From: Podarcis gaigeae
Taxonomy: Eukaryota
DNA: 64,000 bases
Direction: 5' to 3' (one strand)
NCBI GenBank assembly: GCA_964106915.2
Contig: OZ066916.1
Positions within the stretch are counted from its first letter, which is position 1. The number at the start of each line of letters is the position of its first letter. The notes below the pieces were generated by a model. The model saw only the letters and a list, made by a program, of their open reading frames with translations, was not told the DNA's origin and did not search any database. Of this stretch, positions 51,135 to 64,000 are shown piece after piece. The translations under genes were made by a program, and so were the position numbers.

Positions 51135-51396
51135 AGAGCCAGCATGGTGTAGTGGTTAAGAGCAGTGGACTCGTAATCTGGTGAACTGGGTTCGCATCTC
51201 CGCTCCTCCACATGCAGCTGCTGGGTGACCTTGGGCTAGTCACACTTCTCTGAAGTCTCTGAGCCTCACTCACCTCACAGAGTGTTTGTTGTGGGGGAGG
51301 AAGGGAATGGAGATTGTTAGCCACTTTGAGACTCCTTGGGGAGTGATAAAGCAGGATATCAAATCCAAACTCCTCCTCCTCCTTTTCTTCTTCTTC
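51135..51396 (+). mobile_element. tRNA-derived CORE SINE with (CTT)n tail (Squam3-like)
   Basis: A box TGGTGTAGTGG, B box GGTTCGCATCT, CORE motif ctgggtgaccttgggctagtcac, (CTC/CTT)n tail. Confidence 0.88.
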
Positions 51397-53608
51397 ACCC
51401 CAGGCTTCCCATTTTCCATGCCCACCAACCATATGTGTGGGAAAGGTGGAATCCGGGTAAGATTTTTTTTAAAAGCTTGTTGGCTTGTTTTCATGGGAAA
51501 GCTGAAGCCAAGTGTGGCAACTCTCAAAGGATGTTGTGGGACATAAAAGCCCAGAGCTATTTTGGGAAGTAAATTCCAACCAATGCAATTATGGACATGA
51601 GAATGATTTGGAAGTGAGTGCAAGCAAGCAGTAGAGAATGGCTATAATGTGCTCCTGGTGAGAAACTTTCATTAACAGAAAAGTAGCCATAATTTGTACT
51701 TGGTTTAGTTTCAAGCGGCCTCAAGGCATAGCGCTATGTGTGCTGCTTCTTAATAATAATAGCACTGTCACTGTTGACAGAAAGGACTGTTGGAAGCATA
51801 CGTTTTAATGTATGGCAGAAAGGAGAAAATGTACAGATAAGTTACAAGATTTTGTAGAATGACAGACAGGCCATAATGGTTCTTTGAAGCCTTTAATTGA
51901 CCTCCAATGTAAAAAAACCCAACTTATTGTGAGGCTTCCTTGGGTCCAGCAACAAGGCCCTAACCAGGATGAAAAAAAGGAGAAGGAGTTAGGTTGAATG
52001 ATTGGAAATACCACAGATGCTTATACCTTTATTTTTGGAAATAAAGCTAGAATAAAGGTGCAAATTTCAAACTTGCTTAAAACTTGGCTGTTTCCCAGGT
52101 ATTTGTGGGTTATTAGTTATCCAGTTTTGGTTGATTTATGTTGGCATCCTATAGTTTTAATCAAAGTTGTATTTATTTATTTCATATATATTATTCACTG
52201 TTACTTGAAATGTTTTATTTTAAATTGAATTTTGGTGTACCCTTCCCTGAGAAGAACATTTTCTAAGAAATTCCCTCAGAATCCTGGAGGTTGGAGATTT
52301 TGCTTCATACCCTGAAGGATACTCAGTGAAGTGCCTCTCTCAGTTTTGCCAGCCACAAAGAGGGTAGAGAATTTTGGGAGGCCAATTTCTTCAGCCATAT
52401 GGAGTGTTTCAACTGGGGCTTTAAATTGGTTTATATGCAATACTTATTATAAAAGTTAAAAGAAATATACATTCCAAAGGCACTTGTGGTGATATAGCAA
52501 GTAATGAAATTTACACAACAAAATGAAACAAAAAAGCAACATAATCAATTGCTCAACAATAAACAGCAACATTCTTCCATTTGCACAATTTTCTCTTTAA
52601 TCACTTGCCCGCTTTTTGAATTGCAAGGATAGTCCGGTCTTATTACACCTCCTGCACTTTCTCCAAAGCTGTTTGGATACAGCTGCTTCTCAGAAATCAT
52701 TCTTCATGGTGAAAATGGCACACAGCTTGGCTAGGAACAAAATGTAGGCCTTCGCTCCTTCCTGAACAAAGGATTTTTAAAGTGGAAGAAATTCTCTTCG
52801 ACTCGCCTGAGTGGCTGGGTTGACATTCCGGGGAAAAGAGAATCCTATTCCTATTGTCTGTAAGTGATGGAGATTCTTGTGCAGTCTTAATTGTTCTGTC
52901 TATCCCTGGTATCCGACACCCAAAACATAATGGTGCAATTCAAGGCTCCTTCATGTTTTTGACTTCGAGAAAGGATAAACAAAATCCTTTAATGCAGACT
53001 GACTCTTCATATATTTAAAATTCATGGTACCCACATTTAAATAAACTCAGCTAATATGTTCTTTCTTTAATAGGAATACAGCTTTAACATTTAAATATTC
53101 ATTTCTAGCTGTGTTTTCCTTTTGTGGTAATAAAATTCATAAATGTTTTAATGCAAAGTATTAAGTATTGCTGCAACTTTTACTTGGGACATACTGATGA
53201 ATTCTCTGCAATGTTTCCATATGAAGAATAATAGCCATAGGGCAAAAAAAAACCCAACCCACCATTATCAAAGCCTACCTCCTGATGATCTGCAGTACAA
53301 AAGTGCTTCCACTTCAGAATTCGATTCTGAAGCCTTGATTTCACCCCATGAATTGCCTCTTGACAGTAATGAAAGTGGAGCAAAGCATCCTATAGGTACA
53401 GTTATATTCAGAGCTTCCTCCTGTAAATATATATGTCCATTTTAACCAAAACTGAAGACTCATGTGAAGATAATTGGAAGAAGATACACTTTGAAAAATG
53501 TGAGGTTGATTCCATATCAAACCTTTGCAGAATGATAGTTTGAGGACATTTAGAAATGATAATTCAGCCTAAATGACAAATGGAATATACAGCATGGTTC
53601 AAAAAACT

Positions 53609-54681
53609 TGTTGTTGTTTAGTCGTTTAGTCGTGTCCGACTCTTCGTGACCCCATGGACCAGAGCACGCGAGACACTCCTATCTTTCACTGCCTCCCGCA
53701 GTTTGGTCAGACTCATATTTGTAGCTTTGAGAACGCTGTCTAACCATCTTGTCCTCTGTCGTCCCCTTCTTCTTGTGCCATCAATCTTTCCCAACATCAG
53801 GGTCTTTTCCAGGGAGTCTTCTCTTCTTATGAGGTGGCCAAAGTATTGGAGCCTCAGCTTCACAATCTGTCCTTCCAGTGAGCACTCAGGGATGATTTCC
53901 TTCAGAATGGATGCGTTTGATCTTCTTGCAGTCCATGGGACTCTCAAGAGTCTCCTCCAGCACCACAGTTCAAAAGCATCAATTCTTCTGCAATCAGCCT
54001 TCTTTATGGTCCAGCTCTCACTTCCATACATCACTACTGGGAAAACCATGGCTTTTACTATACGGACCTTTGTTGGCAAGGTGATGTCTCTGCTTTTTAA
54101 GATGTTGTCTAGGTTTGCCATCGCCTTTCTCCCAAGGAGCAGGCGTCTTTTAATTTCGTGACTGCTGTCACCATCTGCAGTGATCATGGAGCCCAAGAAA
54201 GTAAAATCCCTCACTGCCTCCATTTCTTCCCCTTCTATTTGCCAGGAGGTGATGGGCCCAGTGGCCATGATCTTCGTTTTTTTGATGTTGAGCTTCAGAC
54301 CATATTTTGCGCTCTCCTCTTTCACCCTCATTAAAAGGTTCTTTAATTCCTCCTCACTTTCTGCCATCAAAGTTGTGTCATCTGCATATCTGAGGTTGTT
54401 GATATTTCTTCCGGCGATCTTAATTCCGGCTTGGGATTCATCCAGCCCAGGCTTTTGCATGATGAATTCTGCATATAAGTTAAATAAGCAGGGAGACAAT
54501 ATACAGCCTTGCCGTACTCCTTTCCCAATTTTGAACCAATCAGTTGTTCCATATCCAGTTCTAACTGTAGCTTCTTGCCCCACATAGAGATTTCTCAGGA
54601 GACAGATGAGGTGATCAGGCACTCCCATTTCTTTAAGAACTTGCCATAGTTTGCTGTGGTCAACATAGTCAAAGGCTTTTG
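53609..54681 (-). mobile_element. BovB LINE, 5'-truncated young copy
   Basis: RT motifs GVRQGCILSPCLFN and LRYADD, (CAA)n tail, 9-bp TSD CAAAAAACT at 53600-53608 and 54682-54690. Confidence 0.98.
53618..54628 (-). pseudogene. Uninterrupted 336-aa C-terminal part of the BovB reverse transcriptase ORF (truncated, non-autonomous)
   Basis: ORF track. The frame stays open to the truncation point (AKAFDYVDHSKLW upstream). Endonuclease domain absent. Confidence 0.9.
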
Positions 54682-56892
54682 CAAAAAACTATCTTTAGGT
54701 TTATTGCATAAATCAACAGATACCCATTGATTGTCTACAACAAGGCTATCAGAACAGTGCATCCATTAATGGAGATTATATTCTACCTGTTGTTAGTTTA
54801 CCTTATTCAGATGGGTTTCTTGTCTACAAAAGTCCAGTTTACCACAGATTATACTATTCCAAAATGAAAAATGATTTAGAAATCAGGCTAACTTCTAAGT
54901 TACCCCCTTCCAAGGTTTAGGCATGTATGAAACAAACTAAGAAGCACATTCCACACATTAAGAGCGCAAAATATGTATTCAGTGGCTCTTGGGGGTCAAA
55001 TTAATTGTTGAACTACACTTCATGTATATTATTCTTTTCAGGGACAGGTTTTTAAATAGAATATAACCACAAGGGTGCTGATAAGAGAACAGAGGGACTA
55101 CGAAGCCCTTTTTCTTGAATCATTTCCCCACCAAAACAGACACCAAACGCTGGGTAGAGGTGGGACACAAAGAATAAAAGTGTTCCAAAAGGGGCTAAGC
55201 TCTTTTCATTTGTACCATGGTACTTGACTGAGAGATCTCTACCTTCCTGAAGACCAATCTGATTTTTTGTGGGTGGGAGAAACAACATCCCAGTCAGAAT
55301 GCTGGGCTGGGTGGACACAGATTGCCCCACTCATCTGGTTAATAAAACTAGTAAAATCTGAACAAATTCCCAATGTTTAAATTGATACTGGTTGTTTAAT
55401 CTATTACTCAATCCCAATTAAACACACCAATAATATATTATTGTTTCCTATAATATAATAGCCTATGTGTGCTCAGGAGAAACCCTGTTTTTGTAATTAC
55501 CCTTTATAAACATATTGTGTTTCGTGTGAGTGTGTGAGTGTTTGTGTGTGTACCCAATCTGCAGGTTTTATAAAATCTATCTGTGGGTGTTCTCTTGAGA
55601 AGAGAGAGTCTAGCTTGTAATAAAAATATATGATTGATTTAAACTTCATTGCCCAACCTGCAATATTTTTGTAGCATTTGTGGGTATTGATCATATATCT
55701 TATGTTTTTATTAAAACCATACCCTCCATTTTCCACAAAAAGGAAATAAATCTTTAAAAAGTGACGATTGCTTAATTAATCACAGGATAAAGTGAAACGA
55801 TGTTGAGAACTGGAGTGATTAAATAAAAGCCAAATGAAACAGTAGGTGGCTCACAGGACTGCTGATCATGCTCCCTCCCCCACCTCCCCCAAAAAGAACC
55901 CACCATGAGCAATTTTAAAGAATATTTAGGAAAATACATTTGGGCTTAAAGCCTGCTCTGGAGTAAGACTAAGGAATTCCTCTATGGCAGACCTGACCAG
56001 CAGGTTTGGTGACCAGCAGCCAGATAGAATTGAAAAAGACCTTTGTCTGTGTAGACAACAGTGAGCAACCTGGACCAGTAATCTGACTTTGTATACAGTG
56101 AAAATTTCCATTCTAACTAAACAAAATTAAGAATATACATAAAAAATGAGCAGTGATCAGTACTCCAGTACTGAAGGTTCGCATCCTACTATATTATTTT
56201 CATTAGATAGATATTCTATCCATTTGCATAATAAATTCCATATTTTTTCTCGTAATGATAGCTGTCAAATCTCCTATGCCTTATAATGTTCTGCTTCATA
56301 ATTAGTTTGGAAGCTTGTGATTGTTTGCATTTAAGTCAGCAGATAGATGCTGCCAAGCCATTTGAGCAGAAAAGTTGTCATAATGGCTTCCGATTAGTGC
56401 TTGCTGATTTATTTAATCTCTTTTGATCAAGCTGCAACTCTCAAATAAAATCACAGAAAATCAGTGCAGGATTTTTTTTAAGCAGCAAAGGCTGTTAGTG
56501 GATTGCTTGCAGGACAGAGTACATGGATATGCTGCAACACAAAATACATTGTTTTCAAGATCAGAGACTGTGCCAGAGCAACTTTTATAATGTAGCAACA
56601 CCTCAAATAGCTTTTGTAGTTAAGAACATGAACAATCTGTGCATATAAACAATGGACTGTAGAGACCCACCATATCTGACCAGTGCTGTCAGAGTATTCC
56701 CCAGTTTTATGATCATGGTAGATATTCAAAGTCATGTGAACAAAAGTCCTCTCACACAACAGGCGTTTCTCTTCCTCTCTTCCCTCCATGCGCCCACAAA
56801 ATTTGCTTCTCCCACTCCCCTAGATCAGATTTGTGGGCATGCAGGAAGCTACAGGTTCGAGGAAAGGTAGGAGCAGTCCAGTTCTGCTCATG

Positions 56893-57540
56893 TGTCAGGA
56901 GCAGAAGTCCAGGACCAGGGACTCAGCTAGACTGGTAAAGAAAAAGCATTTTCTATGTGTTGCATATATACGACATGACACCAGATGGCATTGTGGAGTT
57001 CCGTCTTTCCCTACGGGATTTCCCTGTGTGAGAATACACCGCGTTTAACTGAAACACTTCTTTGACATGTCTAGCTCCAGCCCAGGTCAGGCCTAGTGAT
57101 CACAGCAACCCTTCCCAGTAGGTCTTTTCCCAATGAAGCATTTGTGAGGAATGAAGATCCCAGCCTTCCCTCTGATCTCCAAGACTCCTCCCTCAGGTTT
57201 TTCCCCAGAAAACTGAGGCTCTGTCACCTTATCTCTCTTTGGTCCACCCTCTCCATCCCTCTTCATGTTCTGGGAGACAAGGGATGAGGAGAGCTGGTCA
57301 CAGCCAGAGGTGTGAGGAGAGCTAGCATCCCAGGGGGGTGGGGCAGTGATGTCATTCCCCCTCAGGGATGACACCCGGGGCAGACTGCACCCACCGCACC
57401 CCCTTCCTCCACCAGTGGTCACAGCAGGAGGGGAAAATTGTTGGGATACTGCCAGGGAGATAAAGCCCATCATGGCCCCCACGTCGCCACCGGACGATCC
57501 ATCGATCTCCCGTAGATACAGTATCAGCAATTAGCGACAC
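56893..57540 (-). mobile_element. Possible Gypsy-type solo LTR; right boundary uncertain
   Basis: GC-rich block ending CCTGACA on the minus strand. No TSD found. Confidence 0.35.
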
Positions 57541-59499
57541 GAGCTCCAGAAAATAGCTTGCCACATTCCAGAGCTGATGCATGCTCTATCAGCAGAATTC
57601 GCACAGCGAAAGATGCACGTAGGAGAGCATTATTTAGAGGTTTATTCAGCGTTGGTCAGAACAAAGGAAAAAAACATGACTGCCTGCTTGCGTGTTCAGG
57701 CACAGAGAGAGAAATGAAAGCAAAAACAAAACATAAACTTCCTGTGAACAGGAAATACTCAGACTCTGCGACTCAGAAAGCCTGCTCCCTTTTAAGGTGG
57801 AACGGAAATATCCTAACAGAAATTACATCCACTCTGTCTCATGAACCCCTGCTCTCCAGCCTCCACTTCAGCCTCTGGTGCTGGACTGCCCTCTTGTCAC
57901 AGCCTCTGCATGCTCACTAAACCCTGTTGCCTCTTCACCAATCCCCTGGCCTTCATCCCCTGGGGGTTCATTGGGGGTTCCACAGCTGATGCCTCCCACC
58001 ACTCCTCTACATCCAGCCAGTCCATAACATCACGGAAGTCCATTCCTTTAGTGGGCAGATACAAGTGGATATTACTCTATGATTAGGATTGTTTTAAGAA
58101 CACATGCAGCATATACAGAATTTCTATTTCTCGGTGCCCTAAATACTTGAAATATGCCCAGGATATCATACAGCTTATCATTCCAAAAATTAGGAAAAGA
58201 TAACCAGTATTTTACAAAATATTGTTTTCTTCTGTTCATGCTAGTTAATTTAGCCATTGCAACATTCTTAAACTAATTATAATCCTGTTCAGATACATTT
58301 GAATTTTCTCTGTTCTCCAATATTTTGTTCAGAGGATCCTCAAAGAATTCACCATGTCTGAGATGAACAGTGCCATGCTATACATGTCTATTTAGAAGTA
58401 CTATTTAGAGTTCAACAAGAATTACTCTCAGATAATTATGTATATGGGACTAAAGCCCAATTTTCTGTATTCTTAAAATATGTTTAGTATCTGTGAGAAG
58501 AAATAACAAAGGGTTTATAGCCAAGCTTTAACCAGTCAAATAATTAATCTTTTCTAGCACATTAGTCCAAAAATTGATTATAGCTGGACATAAATGATAA
58601 AAGAGAATAATATTATCCCAGCATTTCCTATAAGAGCTATAAGAGGGATTGTAATCACTACTTATTCTTTAAAGTTTGAACAGGGAGATACACTGTCTCA
58701 TCATCAGTTAAATACTTTTTCTCTTTATTATAATATTGTTCATATTGCAGTCAAAGATATATATTAAAAACACATAGATTAGCTGTAAATAAAATTATAA
58801 ACACAAATAAAAGATTAGTGAGAGTGCTGTCATGCGAAATTAGTTCAAGTGTACATAATCAGTGGCTTGGATGCAACTGTGCATGCAGGGAGACATCTTA
58901 GAATAGTGATATCCTCAGTTGTTCAGTAGAGAGGGGGACAATGAGGCTAAAGAGGGTCCCTACTATTGTTACTATACAGTACAGCTATTCGGTGCAATTA
59001 TGACTTCTCTAAGAGGGTTCTCTGGACTTGCTCAATGGGCATTTCCCATCCTCTCCTTCCTCCCTGGAGCCCTCCATGCTTCTCCCTACTCTTTGGAACC
59101 GATTTTGGTGTGGGAGTCAAATTATATTGGGACTGCAGCATGCAGGCAGGGATGGTTTTCAGGGAGATCTCAGCTGATGAGGAAAGAATAAAAAACCTCA
59201 TGTTCTTCACACTATGGACCTGATTAAAAATAAACTCCATACTTCCTATTAAAGAAGCAGTGTAGCTGGCAGTCACAAATATTATCAATTCTTTACTCAA
59301 TAAAAACAATTAACAATTACCACATTTGATGGAATTGGTTCAGTATTGGGTCATTAGGGACAGCTATCTAATGACAGTTTCAAATCCTTTTATAAAAGCC
59401 AACCTCTGCCACCCTATTTTTTGAAAAACCCTCTACAAATAAAAGGACCCAGGCTGGCCATGGTTTTTCTAGCAAAGCCCTTTTCCTGCCCAGAGTATA

Positions 59500-59727
59500 T
59501 TCCTAGTCTGTCTGAGACATAAGGTACCACATAATGCAAAATTTAATAGCACTCTCTCTGATGTTGACATTAATTGAAATTTGCGGACCACTCTTCCATA
59601 TACTGTTCCAGCATTGTTCATCTAATTGTCTGTCAAAATCTTTGTTCCAGGCCTTCGTGTAACTTGGCAGATCCTTAGTGTTAACTTCCAACAACCAATC
59701 ATAAATCTTTGAGATGAGCCTTTTGAA
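59500..59727 (-). mobile_element. L1-clade ORF2 C-terminal fragment
   Basis: KRLISKIYDWLL...KAWNKDF...CWNSIW...IRESAIKFCIMWY resembles the W-rich region preceding the L1 ORF2 zinc knuckle. Confidence 0.7.
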
Positions 59728-62301
59728 ATATTAATCGAGGAAGGAAAGGTTTTTTTTTTTTCTTTTCCTGCAAAATGAGCAGAGCTATAAAAAGTAAAAG
59801 TAACTTTACAAAAATAATTGTTTATTTGATGTACCTGTTGATTTGCATGAACACAAACAAAGATTATTCCATTGGTGATTATGCATCAAGCTACATATTA
59901 TGTGGTGTAATGTGATTTTTGTAATCCACTGTGGCCTTTTTAAACTTAAAGCAGAAAGGAAAGTACACACAAACAGCCTAGTAAACCTTTCCCCACAGCT
60001 TTGTATTTTAGGTGTGGATGGGGACTCCGTATCATTTTTCCACAAGCAAAAAAGCAGCTGCGGGATGGCAATTTTGAGCTAGAAAAGAGTTTGCAGCCTT
60101 TCTCTAAATGTCTTCTTCACTCCCAGAACCAAGGTGGACATGACAATCTCTTTTGACCTTTGTGTGCTTAATTTGCTTTTTCAAAAACTAAACAGTAACC
60201 AGGGGTGGCACCTGAATCAGGACTGCAGCACTGGTAGCTTGGGTCTTTAACCCTTTATCCCTGCTGCAGTTCTGATGCTATCATTCAGTTAATTCCCCAA
60301 AACTTGCTGAAATTTAGTAAGGAAAAAAACAAGCAGGCAAACATGTAATTAATCTTACATCTAGTAAGGTCCTCAGACTGGCGTCCTAAAAAGGGGAAAG
60401 ATGTAGAATGTTGTATTCAGCTTAGCGTCTTCCCTTAAATACCAGCCCAGCCTCTGCCTTACCTTTTCCTTCCCAATTTCCAATGGACTAGCCTAGGATG
60501 GGAAAGTTGTGACCTTCCAGATGTTGTTGCAGCTTCCATTATGCCTCATAATTAGATGTGCTGGATGGGGCTGATAGACCTGTAGTCCAACTATATTTCT
60601 TGAGGGGCAAAGGTTGCCCTTCTCTAGAAAAGCCCAGCTACAAACCTTTGTTCTGCCAGCAAGCTGCATATAAATCCATTTAATAAACAGGAAACATTAA
60701 CAAAACATGAGTGGTACCCGAGTGAGTAAGGAAGATTCAACAGACAACTCATTGTATGCAACATCACATTACTTGAAGCTAATGTTCGCAATGAAATGAA
60801 TTGTTTTCTACAAACAGTTCCAGCTTCTCCATAGGGTACCTTCTTTTTGTATTGATTCCTTCCTGTCTACCTCCTTTCAGTACACTGTGTATTAAACAAT
60901 AGGAAGATAACAAATCAAGGCAGAAGATTTATCAGGGAGCAGCAATGTTTTCCCCCTCCCTCCTCTTGCCAAGCTCAGGTGCGTGAATCTGCTAGTTAAA
61001 CAAACAAGGAAAATAACACAGAAATGGAAAAAAGCCACATTAGACAAAGTGGGAGAGGGGGAGTAAAGAACACAATCTAAACTCTACACAAATTTAATTA
61101 GAGCTGCAGGGGACCTGTATGCCAATAATCAAACTCTGAGAACCTGCTCTAGTTTCTGTAGTGCATCTATGCCATGCCATTTCGTGTTACGGTAATTTGT
61201 TGTTGGAATTTGGGAGTGAGCATTAAAGATTGCTTCTAATAAATTCCCATTACTCTAAATGGATAAAAAGAATGCCAAATGTGTAATGCAGCACTGATAG
61301 GAGCCTTCGTGGTAAGCGCTTCAGAGATCTACCATCAACAGAATTTTATTTCATTTTCAGCATGCAGTTTGTTCAATCTGAATTGTAAATCTTCTCTAAT
61401 CTACATTCTAGTTTCTGTTTCTTAATATTTATCTGTATATCACATTACATTGCCATATACTATGTTGGGGGAAAATATTGGCACATGCATTACATTTGTG
61501 GTGGGTGAGGTTGTAAAAGAAAAAACTAAACAATTTATAGCAGTCATGATTGTTTACCTATATCTGATATTTCTAATTTTTTATATAGCTGCCCACCAGG
61601 TTCTCATCACTTAAAAGTTTTTTTCATGTTTCCCGACTTCTTAGCATAGCCATTAGTTTGATTGTCCCTAGTTGCTCCCATAATTGCTTAATTAAATCTA
61701 GTCTGCTGGGCTTTTTTTCCAAGCTCTAGAAAATGTAATTCTAGCCAACGTAAGTATATATATTATACCTGAAGCTGACCATTTCTTACAATGCTGGTAT
61801 TACTAACATAATTCAAAAGGCATGTTAATGTGTTAGCTCACATTCCAGTTTGGAAGATTTTGTTAATGGTTCAATATGTTTGCACTTCTTGATGTTTCCA
61901 CCAAAGCTGGAAAATGGGAAAACTCATTTTTTCCCTCTTCCCAGGAATGAGTGAAAATGTATATAGAAAGGGTCATAGTGACATTCAGTGGACACACACT
62001 TAATTTATAAAGCACTTGATAAAAGACATGCTGATCTGGATCCTGAACCAAAGTACAGTCCAAAAATACAAATACAATACAAAACTACATGCCTGTTCCT
62101 AGCGTTTACATCCTTCAAGCTATGCGAGAATTGGTTGCCAAGGCTACAGTTTTCTAAACACCTTTCTAGATGGCACACCCACACTAAAGACAGTGGGACT
62201 TCCTTCTGAATAAACATGCATAGCATTGCAATGCCCAGGTCTGGACACCAGGCACAGGAAATACAAAGTTTCTATACAACTAATAAATAACAATGACAAA
62301 T

Positions 62302-62817
62302 AGCAATGACAAACCTAGACAGCATCTTAAAAAGCAGAGACATCACCTTGCAAACAAAGGTCCGTATAGTTAAAGCTATGGTTTTCCCAGTAGTGATGTA
62401 TGGAAGTGAGAGCTGGACCATAAAGAAGGCTGATTGCCAAAAAATTGATGCTTTTCAATTATGGTGCTGGAGGAGACTCTTGAGAGTCCCATGGACTGCA
62501 AGAAGATCAAACCTATCCATTCTGAAGGAAATCATCCCTGAGTGCTCACTGGAAGGACAGATTGTGAAGCTGAGGCTTCAATACTTTGGCCACCTCCTGA
62601 GAAGAGAAGACTCCCTAGAAAAGACCCTGGTGTTGGGAAAGATTGAGGGCACAAGGAGAAGGGGACAACAGGGGATGAGATGGTTGGACAGTGTTCTCGA
62701 AGCTACCAGCATGAGTTTGACCAAACTGCGGGAGGCAGTGGAAGACAGGAGTGCCTGGCATGCTCTGGTCCATGGGGTCACGAAGAGTCGGACACGACTA
62801 AACGACTAAACAACAAC
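62302..62817 (+). mobile_element. BovB LINE, 5'-truncated
   Basis: 167-aa open 3' ORF end (...HGVTKSRTRLND), (CAA)n tail, TSD AATAAATAAC at 62282-62291 and 62818-62827. Confidence 0.97.
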
Positions 62818-63509
62818 AATAAATAACTGCAGAACTAAGCCTTCAAGTCGCAGTATGACTGGTTGGGCTCCAGCAGCTGTAATTTCTAGCTAAAACACTT
62901 GCATCCAGTTACCCAAACACCTTCCTGCGGCACAGGATGATGCTGACTAAAAATGAATATATAAATAAAATAAAACTGTGTGACTACATGACATTAAAGA
63001 GCTCAGTAGGCCAAGAGACACATAGCTTCTTGAAATACTGAAACACAAATATATTTATATTATAACTTTCTGCCTTAGATCTTATTCCAGACAGTGCTGT
63101 GAGGGACTAATTCAAGGGTTCTTTATTAGAGGCAACAGCTATGCAGTTTTAGAGCATCCATTTTGTGCAGAACCTCCTTTAGTCCCTACTATACCATAAC
63201 AGTGAATATAAAGAGAACCGTCAACACTTTTACAAGGATTGCTACCGCTTTGTCAAAAGGTAATCTTAGTCTCCGCTGCTTTAAAGTGTCATGCTTTTGG
63301 GGGGACAGGTGAGGAAGTTTCAGTCCCAATTAGAGGTTAGGTTACGGGCTCACATTCCTAAATAATTGAAGGGCGAGCATCCTTTTACTCCCCTGTTTGT
63401 TTTCAAGACACCTTCATTTTCTTCTTCTCTTTTTCTTTCTTTCACATTTTCCCAGCTTTCCTGGCTCAGTTAATTTTGAAGTAAGAGAGAGAGAGAAGAG
63501 AATAAACAC

Positions 63510-63603
63510 TGCATGTCTCCCATCTGTCTTCTCTTCTACAGGCTAAACATACCCAGTTCCTTTAACCTTTTCTCGCAGAACTTGTTTTCCATACCAATGA
63601 CCA
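63510..63603 (-). mobile_element. CR1 ORF2 fragment
   Basis: tcttctcttctacaggctaaacatacccagttcctttaacc reads antisense as LKELGMFSL*KRR, a CR1 ORF2 motif. Confidence 0.65.
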
Positions 63604-64000
63604 GCCAGACATAGAAAGTCAATGTAAACCAATGATGGAGAACCTAAGGCCAATTCCTATCTCACTGATCATTGGGCCATGCTGTCCAACTACATCAGGG
63701 GGCATCACAAGTTATTCATGTAAATGAGGATTATTATTTTGTTGAATTAAGAAGAATGAAGAATCCTCATGTAGTGCCATCCTAGGCATGTTTACTCATA
63801 CTTCAGCCTCTGTGTTCAGTGCAGTTTGCTCTCAGGTAAGTTTGTATATGATTGCAGCCACAGTCTAGCTTCCACAGTGAATGTCTGCAGAGTCAAGGCA
63901 TACAAGTGCTCTTTAAAAGTCTTAATTTTCATTGCAAGACACTTTGTGACATGGCTGATGGGGCTGAAAAGCAGAAGGCGGTAGCACAAAGATTTAAATG

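Noticed and set aside
51135-51210. tRNA gene
   Set aside because: The A and B boxes belong to a SINE head; there is no complete cloverleaf, and the sequence continues into CORE and tail.
53646-54587. Plus-strand ORFs of 171 and 135 aa (also 9303-9650 and 62578-62781)
   Set aside because: Antisense shadow frames of BovB.

Overview
Vertebrate, repeat-rich, essentially non-coding DNA with four assembly gaps. The repeat inventory (three 5'-truncated BovB LINEs, five Sauria/Squam1 SINEs, Squam3-like CORE SINEs, CR1, L2, L1 and zinc-finger RTE remnants, many hAT-, Tigger- and Harbinger-type MITEs, solo LTRs) points to a squamate, most likely a lacertid lizard (inference). I could not recognise any intact host gene, RNA gene or CRISPR array. 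The only recognisable proteins in the ORF track are retrotransposon fragments. The window looks like a long intron or an intergenic region. The most notable non-routine signals are: a base-paired motif retained in two diverged solo LTRs; a CTCF plus RFX X-box pair; candidate micro-exons, especially at 39.8-40.4 kb and 10.17 kb; a MITE flanked by four copies of its target site; several nested insertions; and a decayed SGNH-hydrolase remnant. I found no firm evidence of a new biological system. Family names come from recalled consensus sequences and were not checked against a database.
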